Of a DNA stretch of 64,000 bases, positions 51,133-63,930 are shown one piece after another. The notes below the pieces were generated by a model. It saw only the letters and a program-made list of their open reading frames with translations. It was not told where the DNA came from and did no database searches. The stretch is taken from NCBI GenBank assembly GCA_964106645.2, contig OZ067047.1; one strand, given 5' to 3'. The position numbers and the translations under genes are program-made. Source of the stretch: Podarcis pityusensis (lineage: Eukaryota). Position 1 is the stretch's first letter; every line of letters starts with the position of its first letter.

Positions 51133-52609
51133 AGGAACACTTCAGCACTATGTAATGCCCACAAATGCTGTGCTTTGTCAGAGTGAAGAATTGGGCTACT
51201 AGGGTCTGGAGAACCTAGGAATGCTGCTGCCACTTTCTGCATTGTCTAATACTGTTCAGCAGTAATAAAAATTTAGCAGCAAATGGTTACACTTTAAACC
51301 TTTCAAACAGTTTTTGTTGCTGTGGCAAAGCAGCATCAGTATTTTTCTGTAGCAACTACTGATAGCTGCTCTTCACTGCAGGCACAATCTGGCTTTTTCC
51401 AGAAGCAGTAGTAGACAGACCTGCACCCAATCTGTGACTCCCAGCAACTGGCATTCAGAAGCATACTTCCACTGACAGTAAAGCTTGAACATGGTCAGCA
51501 GGGTTAGTAATTATCAACAGCCTTATCTTCCATGAATTTGTCCAGTCCTTTTTTTAAGCTTCCCAAGTTAGTGGCTATCACTATTAAAAGAGTATTCCTA
51601 TTTTTGTTTGAGAAGTGTTGAAGGATATGCAACTCTGTTCTGAAGGAGGTGTGTCTGACTAGCTTCCCTCATCAAGCCTGATTCCAGCTTAGAGCAGCAG
51701 CATAAAATAATTAAATATAAATCATAATTGGAAAATGGGGTCTCTTTATTCTTTCCCAATCACTACTACCAAGTTTACTGTTGGAAAATCTGGCCATTTA
51801 AACCACACATGTGCTATTCACAACTGATGGTGAAGTCTATAGATTTTGTCATTTAAATTGAGGTATTTTGTGAAACCAAGATTAAAAATGAATGGGGGAT
51901 GACCATTTTACTTGTTTTCCTCGACTAGGGCAATTAATTTCTAATGACTGACCCACTTGGACTCTTGCAATGGACAAAATGGGGTATATTCACATTTTAG
52001 TGACAGTGCATTGTTTACATTTTTCTTGAATATTGACTTAATATGGGTGATGTTAAATGACCATTTTAAAAGGATCACACCATCCCTAAAGAGAATTCCA
52101 TAGCCATTGCCTAGTGAAAGTAAAAAAATGCAGGCTTATACACCCTCAGATACAGTACACACACTAAAGAACAGCAGCACATATAATGCCTATTTTATTT
52201 GGATTGGCAATTCCGTGCCTAGGTTCTTGGGAGTAGGTTCCATTGAGCATAGAGGTGCTTTTTTCTGATAGCATAGGTTCAACTTAAAACATGCTGAGAA
52301 AGAACTTCAGCCAATTGAAATGCAACTTTTAGCTTTGTATTAGAAATGCAATTTTATCTTACAAAGCTGTGTTACCATTTAATTTGTTAGTATGAAGTAG
52401 GAACTCCTTCAAAGAAAAGGAAAGAATTGTCCAGCCTAAGCTTGATAATTTTTCACATTCCTCTGTGCTAATTTGTTGAAATAACCTTCAAAGCCTCATT
52501 ATCACCTTGCCAGAGCAAGGAGGGTCCATCAGTTAACCCGGCATTTCAGAAAATTATGTCATCACTCCTGCTCTGGGGGGGAAAGTATTCGACCTGTTCT
52601 CCCTCCACC

Positions 52610-52920
52610 CCATCCTGAAAAAGGCTATCAGAGTGCTGGAGAAGGTGGTGAAAAGGGCAGCCTAAATTATCCAGGGATAGAGCTCCTTTCTTACAATAAA
52701 ATGACAGTATATGACAGGATTATAAAGTTATGCATAGTGTGGCAAAAAAAGTGGATAGGATAAACTACTCCAGTGAAACTGGCAGTAGACTGAAGACACA
52801 CACATTCTTTACTTTTCCGCACAGCATATACTTAATTTATGGAATTCACTGCCCCAAAATGTTATGGCCCTGCCAAGCTGACTTGAAAAGGGGATTGGAC
52901 AAACTTGCTGATCAGTGACT
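52610..52920 (+). mobile_element. Decayed CR1 ORF2 3' fragment; related CR1-like pieces at ~9960-10200(-), 51430-51580(-), 60130-60500(-)
   Basis: ctggagaaggtggtgaaaagggcagcctaaattatc (LEKVxKRAxK motif) ... aatttatggaattcactgcc ... aaaaggggattggacaaa. Confidence 0.6.
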
Positions 52921-53949
52921 ACGTTTGCATGATAACTAAACAGAACATCCATGTTCAGGGCAATATACCTCTGAATAACTGTTGTGGAGAAGGCAGAGGC
53001 AACAGCAGAGGAGGTCTGCTGCCTTCATGCTATGCATCTAGTTGGCCACAGTTGGAAACAAAGTTTTCTTCAAAGTAGACCCATTGATATTAACGAATAT
53101 GGCTAAGTTAGGGTCATTAATTTCAATGGGTCTCCTTTGAGTAAAACTTGGTTAAATATCACCCAGGGTGTTGCCTACATAGGCCTTTTGTTTCCTCCAC
53201 GGGATTTTACTGTGTTCTTAAATTATTTCACACATTGTACTGAATTCCCCTCCAACCCATAGTGTTTCTTCTTCATAAAACACACACACAGAAGGAGAGA
53301 GAGAGGGAGAGTCAAGATGTACCAAGAATGCATTTTACACTTAAGCCTGCCGCCAGAGGAGAAGGCTTACCAGGATTCTTACTGGAACAGAGAACCAACA
53401 TCACTAGCATGCTTGAGAATATATTTAGTCTGTAGAGTCTCACTGTGAGTGGCCAGAACTGAAATGTTATTTCTATTATTTGCTCAAGGGGTTTTATAAT
53501 ATCTTTGGTCACATGGAAGAAGCTGGTGTGGATTGATTTTCAGTGTGTAAAGTTTAAGGGTACCTTTACGTGCAGCTCTGCTCAAACCACTCAACATTGC
53601 AAGCTAATTGGATAAATATGGAACACCACTTCAAATAGGCTTTCTGCCTGGGGGAACATGAGTTTGTCTGAACAGGGCACACAGAAGCTTCAGCAGCCCT
53701 ATAAACCTGCTTGATCTAAAGCTGTAGAGCAAATAGTAGCTCTTAAAAAAGTGTTTATTGAATTTTCAAGACAACAACATAAAGACAAGACAAACAGTAA
53801 AGAAATGAAGAACGCCAACTACGTGAAGCGTATTATTGCAGTTGGAATAAAATAAGCAGAAAGTTCAGTATAATTTTGCAGCAATTGTAATAAAATAGAT
53901 TCTGCAAAGGGGCATTTTGGAAGTAAGAGTCATGTATCAGTCAGGGAGC

Positions 53950-54620
53950 CTCACCACACGGAGACATGTGCAAGCTGGCCAATGTGTATGGTGGTCCTGG
54001 ACTGCCCAGACGACAAGACACCCCCCCCCCCAGCCTCACTGATGTGTTCCAAAGGAAAGCAGAGCAATACATTTGACACTAGCTTGGCTGCAGGCATTGC
54101 TGGAAGGAGGCATACATGACCTTGTCTTAGGGATTCCACTCCAGATTTCTGTAGGGCTTACTCCTTAGCCTTTTCTGTTCCCGGAGATGTCGTGCAAGGC
54201 AGTGGGTATGGATTTTTCCTCCTGAAGCCTTTCTCACATGAGAATAGGTGCAAGGCAGTGAAGGCTTAGGATCAGAGTTTTCCTTCTCCTAGATAGGTTA
54301 GCACCTCAGGTTGACGAGCCCCCTCTGCTCCTCATTTCCCTCTAGAACATGTGCAGAAACTCCCTTCTTGACCATTGGACCCACTATTAGTCTTGTCCAC
54401 TCAATATGCTGGAGCCAGTTTTCACATGCAGGGGAAGTCCCTAACTCACTGACAGATTGAGGCCCATCAACTTGCCCTCACCAAGTTTAGCTGATCAGTC
54501 AAAGCTGTTTCCCAGGGTGTGGCTGCTGTCACATGCTGACAGCTTCTAGGAGACACAAGTGCAGGGTGGGGACCAAAGGTGGACAAACTACCCCAGAAGG
54601 AGCACATGTCTCCCACCATT
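53950..54620 (-). mobile_element. RTE-clade LINE 5' region fragment
   Basis: The minus strand contains CTAGGAGAAGGAAAACTCTGA (54272-54292) and gtcttgtcgtctgggcag, motifs I recognise from RTE 5' regions. No intact ORF. Confidence 0.55.
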
Positions 54621-55089
54621 ATCCCTCCCCTAACATCCCATACACCCAAAGTAGAACCATTGAAATAATTGGACATGATTATTTGAGTTAATTAATTTCC
54701 TTTCCAACTTAACAAATGTTCTTATGTATGTTGATCAAATATTATTTGCAAAAATGTTATTTGTAAAATAATGATAATGCAAGGAAATAGTAAATCAATT
54801 TGGTACTTATTACAGGAAAATAAAAGCAATATGAACCACTATTTGGTGAGATAGTTCGCTGCTTTCATCTGTACAACAATGAAACAATTTGAATAAAACC
54901 TAAAAAATTAGTGGGTTATACACAAGACCACAATTAACATCTACAAATCCATAATGGGAAGGCTTTCATGTATAGCATGAAATTCAGAATTTGTCTAGCT
55001 CTTCAAGCTGTATTCAGTACTGTTCTAGAACATATGTATCTATTCATATACATTTATGTTTCTAAAAGTGCTTCTTCTATCCTTTTCAG

Positions 55090-55122
55090 ATGAAACAGAA
55101 GCAGAGACTGCACCACCTCCAG
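55090..55122 (+). CDS. MYBPC1: MYBPC1 exon 2 (33 nt, phase 1-1): DETEAETAPPP
   Basis: Strong acceptor cttcttctatccttttcAG and donor CAG|GTTAGT. In frame with exon 1. Resembles mammalian ENEVPAPAPPP (Pro/Ala-rich region). Confidence 0.85.
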
Positions 55123-57528
55123 GTTAGTCATTAGAATTTGTGGTTTTGGTTGATATAGATATGTGTTGTATAGGCTTCATACAATACACAAAGAGGTGAC
55201 TGTTTATTGGATTAATAACTTCACTTCTACAAGATTAACAGTGCAGTCCTTTGCGGGTCTTCTCAGAAGTAAGTCCCACTCAGATCAAGGGGCTTATTCC
55301 CAGGTAACTGAGAGCTTAAACTCATTTTAGGGTGCCATTTACAATGATAATTTACAGTGAGGATGCTAGGAATCCTATATATGTCTACTCAGCGGCAAGT
55401 CCCATTGAGATCATTGGGGCTTATTCCCAGATAATTGGGTATAGGATTGCAGGCTTAATTCCCTTGGCTCCCCGGCTCCCCCCACCCCAAGCCCTGGAAA
55501 TTGTGGGTATTCTAAGGATGCTAGTTCTTTTCTAGGATTTTTTTTTGACAGAAATTGCACATATATGTATTTAGGGAAATTTGGGAGCAAGGAATTGATC
55601 CAGTGAAGGGAAATAAGAAAAAGGGAAATATTTTGCCTCTTTGCTTTGTTATATATGGAGGGGAGGGAAAGGGAGAGGAAGAAGGCCTCATGTTAAAAAA
55701 GAAGGCCTAAAGAAAGTGCAATATTTCATATTTTAGCCCATGTGGTAGCTGGTGAATATGGAATCTAGTACAAACAACAAGCAAACATAGATTTGGGGTA
55801 AATACTTATTAATAATTGAAAATTCACCAGATTTCAAATATTTGAGCATTTCTGCTCCAACCTTACATTTTTGTTTTAATATCCAAAAAAAAAACCTTGT
55901 GCAGCTAATACTAACTGTTGTTGGCTTATCCCTGCAATGCATGTATAACATTTCAAAGCACATTTCACATAGTAAACCATGTGATCTGTTGCATTAGAAA
56001 TCCTTACAGATCTTTTGAATTAAATAACAAAACTGCACAAGAATGGAGTTGGAAGTCCTTCTCTTTTTCTCCCTGGAAAGAAACATCTGTAACACTAATA
56101 GTTACAAATGTGGCAGATTGCATAAGTGGTCACTGCTTTCCAGTGGTTTTGATTTAACAAAGAACTTTGACCCTGGAACCTGCTCCAACAATAGTTCTGG
56201 AGCAAACACAGTTGATGTTTATCAGTTGATGTTTGGGAGGATATCCTTTGAGCCAGTAGCCCTGGCAGATTCAGCAGAAGCCATGAAGCTTGCACAGCTC
56301 TTCTAAAGATGCTAACTATGTCCCACCTGGTATTTGGGAAGGTGTAGAGAGAATCTGTTGATCCTCCTGCCCTTGGCATATCTTTCTGGATATTTCGAGC
56401 TTCCTGTGTACACGCATATGCACACACATGCAAAAATGTGAGCACACAAATGCTGTTAAGCCCAGATTGCGGCTGCCGAATCTAGAAGCTTGCTACGTTA
56501 AAAGTATAAAGTATGTGACCAAATATGCAGAAGGGGAAGGGGGTAGAAAGAAAATTTGCTACTGCTCTTCTAAAACTTGATTATTATAATTCTGGATTCA
56601 TTCCCGTGTACATACACTAAATAGGGGAAATGTTGGTGCAGGATAGTTCGGAGTTACTTTCAGGTTGCAATCCTATGCATGTTTTCTGAATGAGCCCCAC
56701 TGAACAAATATACATAAGATTGCACTGCTACTCCAGGTTCATAGATGATAGATTTGTAGATTTGGAAGGGACTATGAGGGGTCATCTAGTCCAACCCCAT
56801 GGAATACAGGAATCTTTTGCCCAACGTGGAGCTCGAACCCACAACCCTGAGAGTCTTATGCTCTACTGAGCTATCCAGATTGTTTGCTTATATGTAAAAT
56901 GAGTGGGACCTGCAAAAAAATAATAATGTTACGCTCTTGAGGGCTTCTGTTCAGGGTTTCAGCCAGCCATGCCCTTTTTCAAGATACTGCATTCCACCCC
57001 CCTTCCCCATTCCAGCATCAGTTAGCATTCTGTGGTCACTGAGCATGCTCAGTTCTCATTGGGCCATCTTGGGGTCCCACCCACTCCTGGCAGAATTTTT
57101 GTTTGTTTATTGCTGTAAACCTTGCCCACCCACACCTCTAAAGCCAAGTATTATCTACTTTGAATGGCAGCAGCTCTACTGGCTGTCAGATAGAGGCTGC
57201 CTATCCATTGCCTGTTCAGTTTCCTTTTCCATGACCTGAATCTGAGACTTTCTGTATCCAAAGCATGTGCCCTCCCACTGAGATATGGTCCCTTTCCTAA
57301 CTCATTGTTTCAACCAACAGGCATTGACATGCTAATAGTTAATTTCCATTTATATTAATGGTCTAACTCTTTCAGCCTCTGGCAATTAATTCTCTGGGGC
57401 GTAGTGGCTGCTGTGCGTGTGCAACATCTAAACATGTTGTACCAGCATTGCAGGCGGGTACGCCAGCACAAATGTTGATGATCTGGGTATTTTCTCTCAA
57501 AAAGATGTTGCTTCTACTTCCTACACAG

Positions 57529-57570
57529 AACAAAATAAACCTGAGGAAGATGGAAATGCACCTAACCAAG
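57529..57570 (+). CDS. MYBPC1: MYBPC1 exon 3 (42 nt, phase 1-1): EQNKPEEDGNAPNQ
   Basis: Acceptor cttctacttcctacacAG and donor AAG|GTGAGT. Same length and character as mammalian EPSKEKEAGTTPAK. Confidence 0.85.
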
Positions 57571-58160
57571 GTGAGTGCCGTTGTTCTCCAAAAGCTAGAA
57601 GGAGGCAACATATCAGTAGATGCTACAACAGTATAGGTCATATGTATGTGTTCTCTTCTTTCTTCCAGTTCCCCATACAGTTTTGAATTTTATTTCATTT
57701 CATTGGTATGATTTCATATGGCTTCCTGGATTCCCCCACCGCCAATGCTTTTCCCCCTTCATTTCCCCATTTACTTGCTTCAGCTGGTATGCCCATTCAA
57801 CCCATCCTTGGAGAGGGCAGGCCTAACCACAGCCATTTATGATTTAGTGCAGGGGATAGGATGTATTAACAATGTGCAGGTGTAGTTGGACTCCAACTCC
57901 CATCAGTCTCAGCCAGCATGGCCAATGGGCAGGGATAACAGAAACTAGAGTCTGGTGCCATTTGGAGGACACCATGTTGGCCTAACCTCTGCTTTAGTAA
58001 CTTTGACACAGGAATATTGCCTGCCCCTGAAAAGTGTCCAGTAACTTTTATTGATGTGCAATGCTGCTGCCAGGCTGTAGAGAAGAGCAGCAAGAACATG
58101 TCACTCCAGCTCTTGCTACCTCTTTGTTTCCTGGTCCAGTTTATTACTTCCTTTATTGCA

Positions 58161-58384
58161 AAAAGTGCAAGTAGATAAATAGGTACTACTCTGGCGGGAA
58201 TGTAAACGGTGTTTCTGTGCGCTCCTCTGGTTTCGTCAGAAGCGGCTTGGTCATGCTGGCCACATGACCCGGAAAAACTGTCTGCGGACAAACGCTGGCT
58301 CCCTTGGCCTGTGAAGCGAGATGAGTGCCGCAACCCCAGAGTCATCTGTGACTGGACTTAACTGTCACGCGTCATTTACCTTTT
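58161..58384 (+). mobile_element. Sauria SINE 3' half
   Basis: gtgcaagtagataaataggtac...ggccacatgacccggaa...gcgagatgagtgccgcaaccccagagtc...gactggacttaactgtc..tttacctt. Confidence 0.85.
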
Positions 58385-58662
58385 ATTACATTTATAGTCT
58401 GCTTTTCCTCCAAAGAGTTCAAGGCAGCATGCATGTTTCTGCCACTCCCTTAATTAATCTTCATAACAATCCTTTGAGGTAGGTTAGGCTGAGAAGAGAG
58501 AGAAAGGCTGGTCCAAGATCACCCAATTAGTATGAGGTAGGCTAGGCTGACAGGCAGTGACAGGCCCAAGGTCACAAAGTGAGCTTCATGGCAGAGTGGG
58601 GATTTGAACCCTGGTCTCCCAGGTCCTAGTCTGACACTCTAACCACTATACAACACTGGCTC
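58385..58662 (-). mobile_element. MIR-like tRNA SINE with a short internal duplication
   Basis: Reverse complement of the 28463 family. The gaggtagg.taggctga..ccaag.tcac block occurs twice. Confidence 0.85.
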
Positions 58663-61026
58663 CAGTATGTGTTTAATTGTAATGGCTCCCAAGATTGAGG
58701 TATTACACAAAAATGACATAGAAACCATCAAAAGCAACCATAAATGACAAACACGCATAAGCATAATATTAACTACTCTTAACCACTATAACACTTTTAC
58801 CTATCAGTTTAAGGTACTAGGTCTTGTCATAAGAGCTTTAAAGGCCTTCAGTATCTGAAAGAAAGCCTTTGTCTACCATTCAAAATATGAGATGCTGCTC
58901 TGAATTGCCCTGCCAACCACTTTGGCCAGAATCAAAAGTCCTGTATGACTAATTCTGCATGTCAGGTGGAATCCTTAAGACTTTCTGTCCTATAGTCCTC
59001 CATAATGCCCTGCAAGCAAACCACGCCCCCCAGCCTTCCACAACTCTTAGGGGAGCCTTGTCCAACCTGGTGAGCACATGCTGACTAGGATTGATGGGAG
59101 TTGCAGTCCAAAACATTGGGATGTTACCAAGTTGGGCAAGGCTGCCTTGGGGTATGCCCAGGGTAACTATTTGTTTCCAAGTAATGATGGGGATGCAATC
59201 TTCAGTGCAATCCATACTACATAGTTCTAAATTTTGTGTTTTGAAGCAAGGTATTAATTTGCATTTATGGAATGCTAGATCTCTGTCATCTATCCAATAT
59301 CTATTTTATTTACAGAATAATTGAATGTACAGCAGCCTCACCAAACTCACTTTGTTATCCTCCAGTGACTCCGTTCTACATTTCTGTTTGTCCAGCACTG
59401 TCATGTGTGTCTACGTAACTACCAACGTACTCTCATATATTACATTCCACAATGTGCTTTCATTCATCTTCATTTTTGTGCTGAAGACATAGCTACCAGA
59501 ACTGCGCTCATTTCCTGAAATAACAACATAAAATTAATGTGCTCATTTCTTTCTTTAGGTTCCATCCAGGCATCCACCCATCTAATAAATTACCTGCATG
59601 TTTCATTTTCATTTGTCTAGGTTCTGTGATCTACTCAAACATCTGATTGTTTCCCCTGTGGTTTTGATTTAAGTTTCCATCAAAACTCTGTATTAAATCT
59701 CAGCTGTCTTTTATAGACATACGTAGATGTCTATATTTAAAGCTTATGAGCAACTGTAGCAGACCTGGCAAGTGGACATAGATAAAATTTCATTAGTACT
59801 ACTGGAGCCTCCCCATCAGCAACTTGCAAATATGAAACAGCACACCCTCCTGCTACATTGATGACATACTGCAGGGATGGGGACCCTTTGGTTCCCTAGA
59901 TGTCACTAAACTGCAACTCGCATCTACCCCAGCAACCATGACCAATGGTCAGAGATGATGGGAGCTAGAGGTACCCCACGCCTGACATACTGTTAAAAAA
60001 CCATTAGATGTATAGTAAAGAGGAAGGTAGACCATTCCATAGACTTCTGGGGAAGTGTTGTTATCTCATTGATTCTGCTGAATTTATTTGTTTGTTTGTT
60101 AAATTGCTCATTAGCCCTCTCCTGCTGCTCACCTCCCATCATGCTGCCTCTGACACTGGAGATACTAATATTTTTATCCAATATTGTCTAATTCCTCCTT
60201 TCAAGTCATCAGTTTGGTGACCATCACTACGTCTTCTGCTAGCAAAGTGCTGCCATTTTAACTGTGTGAAGAAGTAGTTCATTTTGTCATTCCCAAATCT
60301 CCTACCATTCATCTTCAATGGATGACCCTGGGTTTTTCTCCTTACCTACGTTCTTCCTACTATGCATAATTTTGTATATTATGTTTCCCCATGCTCATTT
60401 TTTCTACACAATTTTTTTTTATAGTGAAGCCTTTCCTCCCACCCCTTGATCATTTTGGTTGCCATGTTGTTATGATAATGCAGATGTGATTATATTGGCA
60501 TCCACAGCGAATGCCTTCATTTAAGGGAGTAAGGGAATAAGAGCATATTTTTTGCAAGCGAGGTTGCTGTTGAAAAGGGCCAATAGTGAATCTGAGCCAT
60601 TCTACCAGATCACCTCCATGAAAACTACAATCAAGTGGACTGTAGGCCCCTCCAGCCATCTTAGACCATCATTGCAATGCCACCTCCCTAATTTTTCAGA
60701 AGTGTCCTTGGCAAACTCCAGCATTACTCAACATACACATCTCAGGATGAATAAGAAATGACATATAGACCACGTTGCAGTACTGCTGGCCATATATTGT
60801 AACCACTTAAAATCTAAGTATGATGCTTTGCATCTGCTCAGTGTTAGCAAATTCCCATCATGAAGCAAACATCAGTCAAGGTAGATCTCTTAGGTAGATC
60901 TGGACTGGTGAGGGATAAGATGGGCTTTTCTAGATGATGGGTCAACTTCAGTTGTGATAATACTGCATGTGTAGAACCACACTTGTACTTTTAGATAGAA
61001 GCTCCCTTTATAGGTGGACTGACAGA

Positions 61027-61247
61027 CAATGACGGAGCTTCATGCTCCAGCACCGGGGTGCGGCGAGCAGGCGGGGGTAGGCCTGGCGCGCCTCCTGGGG
61101 GCATGGTGCACCGCCCCCAGGGGTGTGGCACGCCACCTGCAGGGGCATGGCACCCAGCGTGGGCAGGGGGGCAGCCACAATGGCACCCTGGGGGTCGCAC
61201 TGCCGGGGGCGGTGTGCTCCCCCCACACTCCTCTTCCTCCACCAGTG
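61027..61247. mobile_element. GC-rich hAT MITE
   Basis: Perfect 8-bp TSD CTGACAGA at 61019-61026 and 61248-61255. Imperfect TIRs CAATGACGGAG / CTCCACCAGTG. Confidence 0.85.
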
Positions 61248-61469
61248 CTGACAGAGTGGAAATAGATTGAAGAAAGTTGACCTAACTTTAACCATCTTTG
61301 CCAATCAAGGGAAACTGTTGCTTTAGTGAATCCCCTGATCTACCCAACTGGTATACGTCTTTTTGTGGTAAAGAAATCTGTTTGCACCAGAATGCCTTCC
61401 TCTTGTTTAGCTCTTTTCACAAGTTCCATTATTAAATATATTTATATTCCATTAAAATTTTACTTGCAG

Positions 61470-61511
61470 AAGAAAAGGAGAGTGAAATAATGATCGTAAT
61501 TCTACCATCAG
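61470..61511 (+). CDS. MYBPC1: Candidate MYBPC1 alternative exon (42 nt, phase 1-1): EEKESEIMIVILPS
   Basis: Acceptor ttttacttgcAG and an open, symmetric frame. Acidic start and LPS(G) end recall mammalian DEEEVSPPSALPP(G). The donor CAG|GTCTGA is weak. Confidence 0.45.
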
Positions 61512-62962
61512 GTCTGATATTCTTTGGGTATTTGTTATCTTTTGAACAGATGATGTTGCTAACATAGATTAGATCATCACTTTCTCATTTTTAAACTGAT
61601 CGGTCTTGAATCATTCTTCCATTTTGATTAAACAACCACTTCATCCAGTTCTAGCAACTAAAGAATTAGGAAAGATGGATTGCTACAGGTTTTTTCTCCA
61701 TCCCATCTGTCAAAGCAGTTCTGCTGTCGTATGTTACCTTGATATCCATAGAAGGTTCACAACACATTTTAATGTCCTGGGGGTATACAGACTCGTTGGT
61801 ATTAACTTTTTTCTGCTTAGAAAATATAAATGGCACTGACTGGTGAATCTGCAGTTGTCACCTTACAGCTGCTTTTTGTTCTTCCAGTTTCTCACATCAT
61901 TCAACAATATAATAACAAATTAGACCACTCTTTTGTGTGATGATCATCTTGCACCTGGATAACAAGCATGACATCACATATATTGTGCTGACTGAACTGA
62001 GCAGATTACATATTTCCTTCATGTTTACATTGACCACAACAAGAACACTATTGTGAAGAAGACAGATGAGTGTGAATTTATGTTACTTTGATTAACTGCC
62101 GGACTTTGAGCCAGTTGTTGAATTCTGATCAGTTAGCACAATATTCATTTTGTTCACTCATTTATCATAAGGCTATCATTTATCATGATCATAACTCTGA
62201 AGATTAGCATCTTCATGCCATCTTGCAGCTCATGGAATTTGCAGGTGTTCCAAACCTAAATGTACCCAACAGAAATAATTGTTATTGTTGTTGTTTGATC
62301 ACAGGAAAAAGATGCATAATAATAATTCCTTCTGTGTACCTTTAGTGTGAGTCAGTGCTTTGACTTCCTATGAAAGGGTCAACATGCTAATAGTTGGCCT
62401 CAAAAGCAATGTCTCAGTACTGTTGAAAACATTTTTTTAAAATGCAGTTCACTCATCTTAGTGGTTCATGGGCAGTGTATGTTTAACTCTTTCCCTGTTC
62501 CATTTTCCCAGCTGCTGTTTGCCCTATTGTGGTGGGAAATATGGTGGTGTTTTCCCATGTGGGCCAAAAGTCACTGAGGAGGAAGTTTTGATTGTGAACA
62601 GAGCATGGAAGGAAGGTTAATATAACTTTCTCCACTGCTGCTGCTAGCAAATTGACAGCTGTCTGTATAGCTACATTTCATTATAAAATAAAAGTCAGGA
62701 AACTAATAACAGATTTACAGTGTAATGTGTAGTTTAGCCTAAGAAAATCACAATAATTTTGAAGCCAAAATCAAGTCTGATTCCTGCCTTTTAAAAACTT
62801 GTGTTAATGGGCTGCTTGAAAATGTACTTGCTCTATATATAGAACTGCCTTCATTTCAAAAGCATTTACTCATATGAGTAACATAATCTTCAAATTTTTG
62901 ATTAGAAGCATACTCTGATTCAGGGACACCATGCATACTTCCATGTTTGCAGGATCGGGACT

Positions 62963-63020
62963 AATCACATAAGTAAGAGCTTGACTACTTATGTGATTGA
63001 GCTTGACTACTTATGTGATT
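62963..63020. repeat. 13-bp inverted repeat with a tandemly duplicated 22-bp right arm
   Basis: AATCACATAAGTA at 62963-62975; TACTTATGTGATT at 62986-62998 and 63008-63020. Confidence 0.9.
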
Positions 63021-63900
63021 GAAAATGTGACATCCTGGCTCCAAGTAAATAAACTTAGAAGTCTTTTCTGGATGATTTCATTTGAAAATGCTTATCTTAC
63101 ATGGATAAGTGGATATAATGTTCTGAAATTCTGAATTATTTTGTTCTTCATACTGTGTGCCTTTTCTTAAAATGGCTTGATTCTTCTTCTAATCAGGAAC
63201 TTCTTTAAATCATTTAAGTGTAACTTATGGATAGCAAATTTCCATAATTATATTAAGATCGCTTTAAAAACAAAAAGACAGAGTGTCAGGCAGACATCCT
63301 AAAATGCGATGGAAGTGGTTTTCATGCAATGTATTTGAAAGTCTACTTCAACCATGTGGGAAATGTCTTCGTCACTCATATTTGTTCTGTGGCCTTCCAC
63401 GGAGGTAAAACATAAGTTATTCCAGTAATATTTATTTACAGTATAAACAGTGTACAATATAAATATTGCCAGTGACCTTTCAGCCTTTTTCCTTTCATTT
63501 GCCCATCTTAAACTTAAACTAAGTCCTTATATAATTGTAATAGTGGAGTATTGGAGGGGGGTGTATTTTGTCATGGAATTAGGAAGACCTAACATGCAGA
63601 TTTATTGGTTGTAGCTCAAGATATTAAATCTAGACCACTGCTAATTATCACATCAAAATATATATGTGCTCTTCTTCTCTCTAAATTATGGGAAATATGT
63701 CAATTCTAAACAGAATTCTTATTGCTTTATTATTTGCAATAACAAATAGGTGGACTCTTAGGCCCTGTTGACTTAGGATGGGAAAGAGCTAAATATGTGC
63801 TTAACTCTTCCACTGAAAGGAATGGGACCTAAGAGTCTTGATTTTGACAGGACCGACTGAGATCCTTGTTGATCATGTAAGTGATATGGTTTTTATCTAG

Positions 63901-63930
63901 GCAGCTTGTCAAAATTTGAAAGAAGAAAAG
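63901..63930 (+). CDS. MYBPC1: Candidate MYBPC1 alternative exon (30 nt, phase 1-1): GSLSKFERRK
   Basis: Acceptor ttttttatctAG and donor AAG|GTAATG; symmetric and open. Loosely similar to mammalian GLGSRALERKDS. Confidence 0.45.

Noticed and set aside
59540-59640. Two good acceptor-like sites (ttctttAG, tttgtctAG) as extra MYBPC1 exons
   Set aside because: No suitable GT donor gives an in-frame symmetric exon.
60991-61304. Cluster of overlapping GC-rich ORFs or a CpG island
   Set aside because: Explained by the hAT MITE at 61027-61247; high GC content suppresses stop codons.
63851-63876. 26-nt AG...GTAAGT mini-exon
   Set aside because: It is not a multiple of three, has a poor pyrimidine tract, and lies only 24 nt from the next acceptor.
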